Shown: one piece after another, positions 7,902 through 17,911 of the stretch
Layout of the letters: every line of letters begins with the position of its first letter
Numbering within the stretch: position 1 is the first letter of the stretch
IMG/VR virus record: IMGVR_UViG_3300011989_000009
Span: 28,786-92,785 of that record
Reading direction: 5' to 3' (one strand)
DNA from: a virus
Taxonomy: Duplodnaviria > Caudoviricetes
DNA length: 64,000 nucleotides
The notes under the pieces: generated by a model
Database searches by the model: none
Told to the model about the DNA's origin: nothing
The model's input: the letters and a program-made list of their open reading frames with translations, nothing else
Made by a program: the position numbers and the translations under genes

Positions 7902-10538
7902 TTAAACTGATGCGATGCCTGTTGGCTCGGCCAACGTCACGGTCTTGGCATTATAGGTCGTGTCGGTATAGATGGTAGCCGTGAGGGTGTATTTCACCTG
8001 CAAGCGCTTCTCCCATTGTGAGCCGCAGTCCTTACGTCCGGTGGGCTCGTTGGCGTACTGATGGACGCAGAGGATGTTGGGGTGCTGCGTGCCGTCCTTA
8101 TCGGTGAGGATGGTGGGCACCCAAGATTTGTCCTCACTCTCGATGCCGCTGTCACGGGTCCATACAAAGGTGTTGCGGGAGTCGGCCAATACGGTGGCCG
8201 TGATGTCTTCGTCGCCGAACATGATGCGCCCGGTGAATTGCAGATCGACGCGGCTGACGGAGACGAACGGGCCAACGTTGGAGCTGAACTTGATGCGCAG
8301 GTCATTCTTACCCGTGAGGCGCTTGACGAAAGGCATGGTCAGGATGGAGTCGCCTTTCTTGGCGGTGACGGTGAAGGTCACGGCCTGCGTCATGGCGGCA
8401 AGGGTGAGGTCGTCGGCGGTGAGCTCGAAGGTGTTGGTGGCGATGGAAGCATGGGCGGTGTTCCATACGGTGTCAGCGTCGGTGTTGCCGCTGTTGCGGG
8501 TGACGGAGAAGCCGTAGCCGGAGGTGATGTCGGCATCGGCATTGGCCGCAAGGGCATCCTGCACCTTGAGGGTCACGATGTCGGTATCTGAGACGTACAT
8601 GCTCTCGCCAGTCGATTCGGCAATGGTGAGCACCGGCTTGCCCGCTGAGGGGATGCCCTTGACGTAAATCTTCCAGATTGGCGATGTTAGCTTTGGCTCA
8701 CGGTAGGCTTCATCGTAGTCGTTGGTGGTCTCGCCTACATTCACGATACATTGCCAAAGTTTATCCGAGTGGCGCACTACGTCGTTGTGGCCGCAGACCA
8801 TCTTGTCGTTCCAGTCGTCGCGGAAACAGATAACGGTATCGGCGGCGTCCCTTTGGGCGTAGGGGGCAATGATGAAATGGTCGCTCGAAAAGCGTACCAT
8901 GGTGGGAAGGATGCAGTCGGTCATGTACTGCTCCATGGCCGACCCATCGACGGGATGGTCGATCTGGGTGTAGGTGAGCAGGCCGCCCTCACTGACTGAC
9001 ATGAGCAGTACATTGCCGCGGATCTTGTAGGCACCCTTGGTATAGGTAGTCTCATTGGTAAAAGCGTTACCCCACTGCACTATATCATCCTGCGCCTGCG
9101 GTACGTCCTCACCATCGATGGAGTCGGTGCAGACGAGCTTGGCTGTCTGACTGTTGCCATCGGAGTCGGTGTAGGGGTATTCGATGGTGTTGCTATCGTC
9201 TATGGCGAGGTCGATGTAGCCGTATTTTTTCGTGGCGTCGAGTCCATCGACGGTGACTGGTTCTGAGCTGGCAGCTATTACTAACCGATTGTAGTAGCGG
9301 GTGGCGGTGTAGCCGCTTTTGCCTGTCTTGATGTTCGACGTCTTGCACTTGGCGAAGTCACCAACCTGCCAGTTGTTGATGGTCTGAGTGGTGCCGTCGT
9401 CTTGTGTGTAATAACAGCGGTAGCGGTCGGCCTTGACCTCGACATAGACGATATGGGAACCGGCCTTCGTAAAGGCGTAGTCACCAGCCACTCGACTGAG
9501 GACGCGCACCTCCAGTTGCTCGGCGGTCATCTTTGTGCGGACGGTGAGGTAGTCGATGTAGCCGTAGCTCACGCCGTCCTTCATGAGCATACCGAGGCCG
9601 GAGCCGAAGCGTGGGTTGTCTGTGTTGAAGTCCTTGCTCTTAAGGTACTCAGCCACCTCTCCTGCAAGCGTGGCGATACCGTCCTTGTCAATGCCATAAG
9701 TGCCGTCTCCTACGGTGGCACCGCCGACCATGCTTGTCTTCCCGCCCACCTTTGCCTTGCCCGTCACCTCGGCCTCGCCCATGGTGAGCTTGTGAGCCGT
9801 GATGTCATCGTGCGTCTTGCTCAACCATTTTGTCTCGCCATATTTCGGCGTCACAAGGGTGTCGTCGGAAGTGACAGGGGTAGAAGAAGAAGACACACCG
9901 TTGATGAGATGACCATTGAGGACGAGCTGCTTGATAGATGCCCATGCAGAGGTCAGCTTATTGATGATGGCCTCAGAAATGGCTTTGAGGAACTTGACGG
10001 TATCGGCAGAGGAATTGTAATCCCACCATTTACCTTCGCCACCGGAAGCCAGCGCTTCATCGGACGCGAGGGTACCGGTGTCGATCTCCTGCGTCCATGT
10101 ACGGGCATGAGAACCACCATCGGAATAAGAATCCGAGATGATGCCCTGCGTGAAGATATAGTAGTAGTCCGTTGAGCCGATCTGCTCGCCTTTGGCATTC
10201 TTTCCGTAGATGTCGATTTTTTCCGACGGGAAGACGACGACGGCCATGGCGTCGGCGGCTGCTGACTTCGGTATGGCGATATAGACGTAGCGCGCCACGT
10301 TGTCGTGGAAGACGGTAGGAGAGGCCGTCAACTGCCAACGGCGGTAGTTGTGACCGCTGTCATAACCCAACTCATTGATGCCGTCGACATGGCACATGAT
10401 GACAGAACCCGACGAGCAATTGGCATGGATATAGTTGTAATCGCCTGCCGCGTTGAGCTGGATATAGATTGCATACGACGACATCCAGTAGTTGGCCGGA
10501 CGCGCCTCTGTCATCTTATAAGTAGGTGTTTCTGCCAT
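7902..10538 (-). CDS. Tail structural protein (spike/fibre-like)
   Basis: 878 aa with YIDYLTVRTKM, WQVGDFAKC and PQAQDDIVQWGN segments typical of Bacteroidota phage tail proteins, plus Ig-like WTRDSG repeats. Confidence 0.7.
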   Translation of the reverse strand: MAETPTYKMTEARPANYWMSSYAIYIQLNAAGDYNYIHANCSSGSVIMCHVDGINELGYDSGHNYRRWQLTASPTVFHDNVARYVYIAIPKSAAADAMAVVVFPSEKIDIYGKNAKGEQIGSTDYYYIFTQGIISDSYSDGGSHARTWTQEIDTGTLASDEALASGGEGKWWDYNSSADTVKFLKAISEAIINKLTSAWASIKQLVLNGHLINGVSSSSTPVTSDDTLVTPKYGETKWLSKTHDDITAHKLTMGEAEVTGKAKVGGKTSMVGGATVGDGTYGIDKDGIATLAGEVAEYLKSKDFNTDNPRFGSGLGMLMKDGVSYGYIDYLTVRTKMTAEQLEVRVLSRVAGDYAFTKAGSHIVYVEVKADRYRCYYTQDDGTTQTINNWQVGDFAKCKTSNIKTGKSGYTATRYYNRLVIAASSEPVTVDGLDATKKYGYIDLAIDDSNTIEYPYTDSDGNSQTAKLVCTDSIDGEDVPQAQDDIVQWGNAFTNETTYTKGAYKIRGNVLLMSVSEGGLLTYTQIDHPVDGSAMEQYMTDCILPTMVRFSSDHFIIAPYAQRDAADTVICFRDDWNDKMVCGHNDVVRHSDKLWQCIVNVGETTNDYDEAYREPKLTSPIWKIYVKGIPSAGKPVLTIAESTGESMYVSDTDIVTLKVQDALAANADADITSGYGFSVTRNSGNTDADTVWNTAHASIATNTFELTADDLTLAAMTQAVTFTVTAKKGDSILTMPFVKRLTGKNDLRIKFSSNVGPFVSVSRVDLQFTGRIMFGDEDITATVLADSRNTFVWTRDSGIESEDKSWVPTILTDKDGTQHPNILCVHQYANEPTGRKDCGSQWEKRLQVKYTLTATIYTDTTYNAKTVTLAEPTGIASV

Positions 10539-10550
10539 GGTACAAACGGA

Positions 10551-11699
10551 TTAGATAGCGGGGGTGATAAACATGGCGTTACCCTCCTGGTTGTTCTGGA
10601 ACTGAGGAGTGTAATCATTCGTCTCATCATCGTCTACAGTGGCATAGAGCGGTGACTTCTTGAAGGCGTCGAGAGCGGCATCAGGAAGCTCTTTGTAATG
10701 GACGGTGATAAACTCGCCCAAGTCCTGCACGAGGCGGTTGCCCTCGGTGCGTGCCGTCTCACGCCGCTGATCCGTCGTGCGGAACTGCATCGTGCGGCTC
10801 TCCAGCAACCGCGCCATGGCCTTACGTGCCTTGTGGATGATGCGCAACAACAGACGCTGCTGACTCTCCGTCAACGTCTTGCTATCCTCACTAACAGTCT
10901 CCCCCAATTGTTGTGACATCGTGACGATATATTCCGTCAGATCATCGCCGATGGCCGGTGCAAGCACATCTTCTTGCAGATAACGCAGGTCTGGCAACAT
11001 CTGAATGAACTTTTCACGACTGTCATAGATATTGAGATATTCCTGCAAGACGGATGCGGAAGGAATGATGAGCGAGGCAGCAAGGAAGAAATAACGGCTC
11101 TTACGCCACAGTGCCACAATCTCTTTTTCCTCCGTCAACGTATCTTCGGAAGACGTTTCATCAGTTGATGAATTAATAGTTTCATCAGTTGATGAATTGA
11201 TGTTCTCATCAGTTGATGATTTATCAGATAACTGGGCAATGTCTTTTGTCCAGTCCTCCAACACGACGAGGATGCGGTTGACGGCTGCGTGTGCCTCTTT
11301 TACACACGTAGCTTTGTAGTTCCTCACTGCGTCGTTGTCGGCCTTGGCATAGTCAGTGGCGGTGGCAACATTCACACCCGCACCATTGACGGAGATAGCC
11401 TGCATATCCACAGCCCGGCCCAGGGCATCGAAGGTGACACAACGCTGACAGAGGTTGAGCAAACGGGCATAGGGCGTAAGTGCGTCGCCGTTGACAATAC
11501 TGCTAACAAACGTCTCTACCTTGCCGTTGTCACGCAACTGACGATAATAGGCTGTGAGAGAATCATAGAGCTTCTGGCCCAACTTCTCAGAGAGGAAATC
11601 CTGCTCTGAGGAGTCGAGAAAACCCTGTATCGTGTCGATATTATCTATTGCGTTGGCAGGCGAATAAAGCCGCAATTCTTCGAGTGTTGAAACAATCAT
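10551..11699 (-). CDS. Putative head-tail adaptor (DUF6712-like)
   Basis: 382-aa helical protein with an internally repeated pattern (FLSEKLGQKLY / VLAPAIGDDL); lies between terminase and tail genes. Confidence 0.5.
   Translation of the reverse strand: MIVSTLEELRLYSPANAIDNIDTIQGFLDSSEQDFLSEKLGQKLYDSLTAYYRQLRDNGKVETFVSSIVNGDALTPYARLLNLCQRCVTFDALGRAVDMQAISVNGAGVNVATATDYAKADNDAVRNYKATCVKEAHAAVNRILVVLEDWTKDIAQLSDKSSTDENINSSTDETINSSTDETSSEDTLTEEKEIVALWRKSRYFFLAASLIIPSASVLQEYLNIYDSREKFIQMLPDLRYLQEDVLAPAIGDDLTEYIVTMSQQLGETVSEDSKTLTESQQRLLLRIIHKARKAMARLLESRTMQFRTTDQRRETARTEGNRLVQDLGEFITVHYKELPDAALDAFKKSPLYATVDDDETNDYTPQFQNNQEGNAMFITPAI
11157..11220. repeat. In-frame 24-bp x3 repeat containing inverted TTCATCA/TGATGAA motif
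   Basis: Copies at 11157, 11181 and 11205; encodes SSTDENIN-SSTDETIN-SSTDET. Confidence 0.9.
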
Positions 11700-11721
11700 C
11701 TTCCAATTCTTTTTGTTACCA

Positions 11722-11756
11722 CAAATTTACAAAAATGAAAAGTGAAGATGCGGACA
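11722..11756 (-). promoter_or_regulatory. Putative late promoter TGTCC-N22-TAAATTTG
   Basis: Bacteroidota -7 element TAnnTTTG with TGTCC 22 nt upstream; the same spacing occurs at 15723, 50983 and 63221. Confidence 0.6.
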
Positions 11757-11764
11757 CATACGAG

Positions 11765-13756
11765 CTATCCCAACGGCAGAGCGCCCATTCCAGCGTAGTT
11801 GTTCAAGAAGAATTTCACGCCGATAAACAACGAGTCGAAAGCGTCGGTACCGTCGGTACGATACTCCAGACGCACCGCATTATCAGCGTCCTCGGATAGT
11901 TTCTCGCCCGCCTTACACTTATGCCATCCCCGATAGCCGACCTCGACCTCTGCCATCTGCAAGGCGATACAAAGGGCTTCGTTGTTCTCGGTATTGATAC
12001 GAATAGCAGGCCACGAAGCACCGACCAACGCCTCATTGATATACTTATATTTCTCACGATGTTCCATCGGCGTACCCATGTCAATGGCACGTACCGACCA
12101 TCCAAATTCTGTCAACATAGAGACAACGGTCGTGCGGAAATCCTCAGCGCCTTCGACAGCGTAACTACGAAACTTGGCCGTAGCATCGAAGAAATACGTC
12201 ACCTCATTGCAGACTTTCCGCTTAGGCGCATAATAGTGGTTCCAGTCCGTCATCAACTCACGCAACTTGCGCTCATTCTTGACATACATAGAAGAAATGA
12301 CGTTAAGACATTCTTTCCCGTCACGCTTGTAGACCTGTCCCGTCACCACCCAGTTGATGTTGGCGTTATAGTCCATGGCGATATAAAGCGGAAGGGAATC
12401 CACCACGTCACCGTCCAACGTACAGTCGTGCTTATCCTGCAAGAGACCGAAGTCGGGTGCCTCGAACTCTTCCTTACTACCGTCACGCGTATCAAGCGCT
12501 TCTTTCTTGACGTAACTCTTGTCAATGGCCGGACAGTCATCCGGGACATAGCCGTGAATGTTTTCCAAATCGAGGTTAGAATAGAAGCCGTCATTGGTCT
12601 TCGTCACCTTCTTGTTCAAGATACTCACGGCAAAAACGACGGGCGGAAGGTCACGCGCCATGCGAGCGATATAGTTCTCTGAGACAATATCAAGATTGTC
12701 AAGCGTATTGGCCCGCCAGAAAGCAAAAGCGTTACACTGCAACAGACGGATATGCTCATTGTATTTCTTGCTCTCCTTGATCATCCCGATGTCGAAATAC
12801 TGCTCCGATGTAATGAGGTATTTATGGCAATAAAGTCCTTCCGCCTCGTCAGCATTGATGAGATGGTAGTTGATGCACATATTGAGCATGGCCTTGTTGA
12901 TACGCTTCCCATAATTGGGCAGGATTTTGAAAGGTCCCTCGTGATTCATCATCATCTCAGCCTTGGTGCGGATCGCATCAATCTGCTCTTTCGGTTTGAC
13001 AAGTACCGCGCAGCCGTCACGCTGAGCATTGCGCAGCAGCTCATTATAGAAGATGACACGCTCAGCATGATTTTCAAGCTCCTGCTGTATCTCACGATAC
13101 GTTTTATCTTTCAATGGCCCCGTGTCAGGATGAAGATCGAGTTTCTTTTCCTCCTGCTCCAGCCAATTACCCTTTGCCGACAATGCTGCATCGGAGGCAA
13201 AGAACGTAGAGCGGAACAGTGGATTGCTGTCGGAAAATCCGGCATTGCCGAGGGGGTCCACCTGTCCGGACAGAGCGGGCATTACCTGGTCGTCAATCTT
13301 AGCCTTTGACATGAACTTACACTCATCGGCAATAATCGAATTGGCTGTCAAGGAATTGGCAGAACCTACTACGGCCATGGAGATCAACGACCAATAGGCA
13401 CCGTTGGCAAACCACAAAACGTTATCCCACGACTTCGGTTTCAGAATAGGCAGAGAGGCAATACGCTTCGGCGGCTTGCCAAAACCAAAATCGATATTTG
13501 GCCTAAGATGGAACATACGCTCCATGGCCGACAAAGTACCCGGCACGGTACGTGTATAGAGCTGTTTTCGGCTGTTACCAAGCCAGATGAAAGTACCTCG
13601 CGGCATAGAGGCTGTCACGCGAAAGACACGTGGCGCAATCGTACCATCCGTCTTGCCAAAACGACGTGCACCCAGCAAACGACCATCCCGTACATTGCAG
13701 TTATAGATGACCCATTGCTTGTGGTTCATATAGACATCCCGTAATTCCTTGCTCAT
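11765..13756 (-). CDS. terL: Terminase large subunit
   Basis: Walker A GARRFGKT, Walker B IIADECKF, RNase H-like nuclease motifs IAMDYN and TDGTDAFD. Start placed at ATG 13756, overlapping the upstream stop. Confidence 0.9.
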   Translation of the reverse strand: MSKELRDVYMNHKQWVIYNCNVRDGRLLGARRFGKTDGTIAPRVFRVTASMPRGTFIWLGNSRKQLYTRTVPGTLSAMERMFHLRPNIDFGFGKPPKRIASLPILKPKSWDNVLWFANGAYWSLISMAVVGSANSLTANSIIADECKFMSKAKIDDQVMPALSGQVDPLGNAGFSDSNPLFRSTFFASDAALSAKGNWLEQEEKKLDLHPDTGPLKDKTYREIQQELENHAERVIFYNELLRNAQRDGCAVLVKPKEQIDAIRTKAEMMMNHEGPFKILPNYGKRINKAMLNMCINYHLINADEAEGLYCHKYLITSEQYFDIGMIKESKKYNEHIRLLQCNAFAFWRANTLDNLDIVSENYIARMARDLPPVVFAVSILNKKVTKTNDGFYSNLDLENIHGYVPDDCPAIDKSYVKKEALDTRDGSKEEFEAPDFGLLQDKHDCTLDGDVVDSLPLYIAMDYNANINWVVTGQVYKRDGKECLNVISSMYVKNERKLRELMTDWNHYYAPKRKVCNEVTYFFDATAKFRSYAVEGAEDFRTTVVSMLTEFGWSVRAIDMGTPMEHREKYKYINEALVGASWPAIRINTENNEALCIALQMAEVEVGYRGWHKCKAGEKLSEDADNAVRLEYRTDGTDAFDSLFIGVKFFLNNYAGMGALPLG

Positions 13757-14496
13757 TGTCCGTCTCCTTTCTCCGGCTGGAAGTCGAATACATCCGGCTG
13801 CTGATCTTCTTCGGGCTGCTCCTCCGGAATCTGCCATGTACCGTCATTGTTCTGCATGAGGTCAATCACCTGCTTATCCGTCAAACCATAACGGCGTGCG
13901 ATACGACGGCGCTCTTCCGGTGTGTAGTTCTGTTTATCGGGCTTGATGACCGACACGTCCATGGTGATATTGATGTCGCTCTTCGGCTGGTTGGCCGTCG
14001 GGTCATCCTTCTCCTCAAAGTTACCATAGAGCTGCATCTTCAAGTCGGCACCCGACTTCACGCTCCGGCTGTCACCCATCTTCATGCCCTCACGGATGAG
14101 CCAGTCGGACGCGTCGACAACCTTTGCCTTCTCGATAGCGTCGATAGGGGTCTGAAACTTATCAACGATATGATTGAAGAGCGCCACGTCGTTGCTCAAT
14201 TCAGTGAGACTACGGCCAATGCCAGGGCGGATGCGCATGTCGTCGACGAGTGCCTGGGCTTTTGCGTCGCCATTGTCAGCACGCATCAACAGCACGGGAT
14301 ATTCCCGCGCCGAGAGTTTGCGCATCAGGTCGAGAGGCCGTATCTGCTTGTCCTGCAACCAGCGCTGATAGGCTTCGTAGACCACCATTGCTCGGTATTT
14401 TTGCGATGGGGTCATAGCCATGCTCTGAATGTTCACACCGCCATACAGCCAGCGCTCGACCAAATCCACATATTTGTCACTGAGTTTACTCATCAA
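13753..14496 (-). CDS. Putative terminase small subunit
   Basis: 247-aa helical protein coupled (ATGA) directly upstream of terL; assignment by position only. Confidence 0.5.
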   Translation of the reverse strand: MMSKLSDKYVDLVERWLYGGVNIQSMAMTPSQKYRAMVVYEAYQRWLQDKQIRPLDLMRKLSAREYPVLLMRADNGDAKAQALVDDMRIRPGIGRSLTELSNDVALFNHIVDKFQTPIDAIEKAKVVDASDWLIREGMKMGDSRSVKSGADLKMQLYGNFEEKDDPTANQPKSDINITMDVSVIKPDKQNYTPEERRRIARRYGLTDKQVIDLMQNNDGTWQIPEEQPEEDQQPDVFDFQPEKGDGQ

Positions 14497-15692
14497 TCCT
14501 TGTTATCGTCAGAATCAGTAGTTTGTTTTTCAGTATCTTTTTCCGGCTGCTCAGAAGATTTTTCTTCCGGCTGCTCAGAAGCATCCTTCGCCTTTTGATT
14601 ACGCTGATAATCTTCTTCGGCTGCCTTGATAAGCGGGAGATAGTCGTCGGCATAATCCTTACCTTTCAACTCAGCGAGACGCTCATAGCGTGCCTTCATC
14701 TCCTGCACACGATGCTGTGTATTGGGCTTATCCTTGCGAAGAAGATATTTGATGATACCGCGTGCCTCGGCTTCTATCTTCTCCTGTTTCTCACGCTCTG
14801 CGGCCTGCTTGGGATCATGGGCTTTTATGTCTTCGATGATACGGGCTTTGAAAACCTCTTTGTCCTCCTGCTTATCAAAATAGGGCCGGAGCTGAGTGCG
14901 CAAAGCGGCTATATCCACACCCTGCTTCTCTTTTTCCTCGCGATAAGCAGTATCTTCTTTCAAGCGCACATAGACAGTAGCCATCTCAGTGTCTACACGC
15001 TCATAGATACGCTCATAAGCCTCGGTATTCTGTACGGCCTCTTGTGCGTAGACTTTCACCTTCTCTGCATCAATACCATCCTCCACCATCTGCTTAGCCT
15101 TTGTCGAGGCTTCTGCGGCTTTCGCACGAAGGTCACGTATCGTTCCGACAGCCTCCTGCAAGGTATCGGACATGAGCCATTTGAGCTGGTCGAGATGTAA
15201 TAAGGAACCACCTTGCACACTGCCCGACACGGTACCCGGCACAACGGGTGTGACGGTGGGTATTTCACTCATCGGACCAAAGACGGTCTGTGTCTTGGCC
15301 TCGGCTTCTTTTCTGTCCTGCTCGGCTTTGAGCTTTCTGGCCAACGCCTGTTCTTTCGTAGGACGACCCACATGCTTTTTTAATAAATCAGGATTGGTGA
15401 GATCTACTACAGCGTCCGTACCAATCATCTTCTGTGCGTCCTGGGCCACCTTATCAGCAAAACGACGCAACAGACGCTTACGGCTACGATAGTCCTTGAA
15501 GCGCAAGGACTCTTTGACGAATGAATGGCAATAGCCAAAGACATTGATGAAATTCAGCCCCTGCTCGAATTTCTCCCGGTCGATGTTGCTTTCTTTCTCA
15601 ATTTCCGGCAACGTCGTTGCATACCATGGCTGGAAGTCAACGAGCCAGTCCTTCCTCTCCTGCTCGTTCATCTGTGAAAATTGCTTCTGCAT
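14493..15692 (-). CDS. Hypothetical coiled-coil protein
   Basis: 399-aa charged helical ORF; first gene of the terminase operon. Confidence 0.75.
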   Translation of the reverse strand: MQKQFSQMNEQERKDWLVDFQPWYATTLPEIEKESNIDREKFEQGLNFINVFGYCHSFVKESLRFKDYRSRKRLLRRFADKVAQDAQKMIGTDAVVDLTNPDLLKKHVGRPTKEQALARKLKAEQDRKEAEAKTQTVFGPMSEIPTVTPVVPGTVSGSVQGGSLLHLDQLKWLMSDTLQEAVGTIRDLRAKAAEASTKAKQMVEDGIDAEKVKVYAQEAVQNTEAYERIYERVDTEMATVYVRLKEDTAYREEKEKQGVDIAALRTQLRPYFDKQEDKEVFKARIIEDIKAHDPKQAAEREKQEKIEAEARGIIKYLLRKDKPNTQHRVQEMKARYERLAELKGKDYADDYLPLIKAAEEDYQRNQKAKDASEQPEEKSSEQPEKDTEKQTTDSDDNKD

Positions 15693-15722
15693 AAAATCCT
15701 TTATTTTAGTGTTTTAACACTA

Positions 15723-15757
15723 CAAAGATACCAAAACAGCCTGTCGGAAAAGGGACA
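15723..15757 (-). promoter_or_regulatory. Putative late promoter TGTCC-N22-TATCTTTG
   Basis: Same motif and spacing as at 11722, 50983 and 63221. Confidence 0.6.
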
Positions 15758-15790
15758 GAAAAACCCCGCCACCAGGATGGTGACGGGGCC
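15758..15790 (-). terminator. Rho-independent terminator after the tail tube gene
   Basis: Minus strand CCCCGTCACCA-tcc-TGGTGGCGGGG followed by a T-run. Confidence 0.75.
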
Positions 15791-15856
15791 GGGGGCGAGG
15801 GTTCCATGCAAACGCATGGAGAGGAAGTTACACCATTTTATCAATTCATACGTGCA

Positions 15857-16429
15857 TTAAGCGCCGGGTGCCGATTTGGAAGCCGAAGCCAACAGACTGT
15901 CCCAACCGCCGGTCTCAGGCTCCTTGACGTAGAGTGTGTCGTACTTCACGCCGTTGAGCTTGAACTGGAGCGTTGTAGCGCGGTCATCAGAGCTCTGCTT
16001 ACCGGTATCGGCCTTGATACCACCGTCGTCGCAGGTGACACGCTTGTTGGGGTCATAGAGGATGAGAGAATCACCCGTACCGGCATCCATGACAATCAGG
16101 AAGAGGTCGAGGTTGTTGAACGCGCGGCTCAGCTTCGAGATGGTCTTATTGACAGCATCAATCGTGCCGTCATACGTCAGGTTAAAGCCCTTGTTCTGAC
16201 CTGCCGACTGACCCTGCACCTGCTGGGTGTCATTCTTCAAGTCAAAGCGGTAGAGACCCTTACCGGTGTTGAACTCCGGCGTAGAATACTCGTTATCCGT
16301 CAGCACCATCGGAGACTTCAAGTCGGCCTTGTTACCGACATAGAGGACGGAAGATGTGCCGCCGATATTCTCCAAACACTTCTCTGAGTTAAGATAGTCC
16401 TGGAGAGTGGGGCATGTTACTGTATCCAT
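15857..16429 (-). CDS. Major tail (tube) protein, putative
   Basis: 190 aa from ATG 16429 (MDTVTCP...ENIGG...); Bacteroidota phage tail-tube-like pattern directly after the capsid gene. Confidence 0.6.
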   Translation of the reverse strand: MDTVTCPTLQDYLNSEKCLENIGGTSSVLYVGNKADLKSPMVLTDNEYSTPEFNTGKGLYRFDLKNDTQQVQGQSAGQNKGFNLTYDGTIDAVNKTISKLSRAFNNLDLFLIVMDAGTGDSLILYDPNKRVTCDDGGIKADTGKQSSDDRATTLQFKLNGVKYDTLYVKEPETGGWDSLLASASKSAPGA

Positions 16430-16536
16430 AATTGTGTTTGTGTTAAGTTTAGAAAAGAAATGAAACTGAAAGAAGGAATAGGGGCGGGACAGGGCGCGGC
16501 TAAGCCGCCACCCTTGCAACCCCTATAAATCCAACG

Positions 16537-17856
16537 TTAGGCGTTGGCCTTGAAGAGAGCCGTGATCGCCATCGGCATACCATTGGCCGTGATAGTGATC
16601 TTGGCATCAGTCTTGCCGTTGCTCCAGTTGGTGAAGGTATAGCCTGATGCAGGCTTAGCCTCCAGTGTGATGATGTCGTTAGCAGCGAACTCCTTCGGCG
16701 TGGTGTAAGGCTCGCCATTGACGGTGACGCTACCCATCTTGCTGTCGGCAGTGACAGTGAGGAAGGAGTTGTCGTAGTCGCCGTTGATGTTGTTAGGCTG
16801 GATGCCGCCGTTGGACATGACGAAAGCGGAAGGCAGCGGGTTCATCAGACGGGTGCCCTGGATAGACTGAATCTGGAAGATGACATCCTGAGCATCGTTG
16901 TCAGAGCCGAACTGTGTCTTGACGAACGTCTGGTTGTTCAGTGAGTCAACACCGTACTGCAAGTTGTTGACAACAGATGCCATCAGACGGGTACCGGTGC
17001 CATAGACATCAGAAGGAACAAACTGCACGTGTGGCATCTCAGGAACAGTGAAGTTGCCGTTGGGCAGGTAGTTCACCTTAGAGTTGCCGTGGTACTTGTT
17101 CAGATAACCGGCAGCGATGTAGATACCGCGGAGCACGTCGCAATAGAGACGGACATCGCGCTGCTGACGCAGACGAGCGTCCCACTTAGCGTACCATTCC
17201 AGCACGGTGTCGAAAGGTTCTGAGTCCTTATCGTCGACAGGAGCGGCGATAGCCTCGCAAGGGATGATGTTGTGATTAGCCTCACTGATGATGCCGTCGG
17301 CAATGTCGAGGTTGATGTTGGTGTGGAAACCGTTGTAGAGAGAGAGCTTGGCCTTTTCCTTCTCCTCAGGAGTCAGTGTCTCACCTTTCCGTTCCTTCTC
17401 GGCATAGACATCGTTGTCGCCGTCGCCGAAGAAGAGGTTGGCGGTCAGATCCTCGGCATAGGTGCGCATGATGGCCTCTGCTGCCGTGGTAGAGAAGGGA
17501 TAGTCGCCACCGGGCTTGCCGTCAGTACCGAAGACGGTCTCAACATAGCGGTCGATATTGTCGGTGAAGCGGTTCCAAGAGAGCTTGGCCTCCAGCGTGC
17601 GCTCCTTCAAGATACCGATCTTGTTAGATACGGGCTTACCGACGACCTTGCGGCGGGTAGTACCACCCTGGCGCACGAGAAGAGTATCAACCTTCTTGAA
17701 CTGAACACCGGAAATAACCTGAATACCCATGCGGTCGATGAGCTCAGGATCATAGTAAGCAGGACCCATGATAACCTGCTTGCCTACCTGCTCTGCTACG
17801 TGCTTGATCTCATCGGTAGAGAGTGCGTAGGTCTGCTTTGTGCTTGTGTCTGCCAT
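16537..17856 (-). CDS. Major capsid protein with C-terminal Ig-like (InlB B-repeat-like) domain
   Basis: Follows the protease/scaffold gene; C-terminus LTVTAD...GSVTVNG...ITLEAKPASGYTFTNWSNG is a classic B-repeat/Ig motif. Confidence 0.75.
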   Translation of the reverse strand: MADTSTKQTYALSTDEIKHVAEQVGKQVIMGPAYYDPELIDRMGIQVISGVQFKKVDTLLVRQGGTTRRKVVGKPVSNKIGILKERTLEAKLSWNRFTDNIDRYVETVFGTDGKPGGDYPFSTTAAEAIMRTYAEDLTANLFFGDGDNDVYAEKERKGETLTPEEKEKAKLSLYNGFHTNINLDIADGIISEANHNIIPCEAIAAPVDDKDSEPFDTVLEWYAKWDARLRQQRDVRLYCDVLRGIYIAAGYLNKYHGNSKVNYLPNGNFTVPEMPHVQFVPSDVYGTGTRLMASVVNNLQYGVDSLNNQTFVKTQFGSDNDAQDVIFQIQSIQGTRLMNPLPSAFVMSNGGIQPNNINGDYDNSFLTVTADSKMGSVTVNGEPYTTPKEFAANDIITLEAKPASGYTFTNWSNGKTDAKITITANGMPMAITALFKANA

Positions 17857-17911
17857 AACTTTATAATTTTAATGGTTAAAATTTTGTGTTTATGTTGTTG
17901 TGAGAAAGTGA

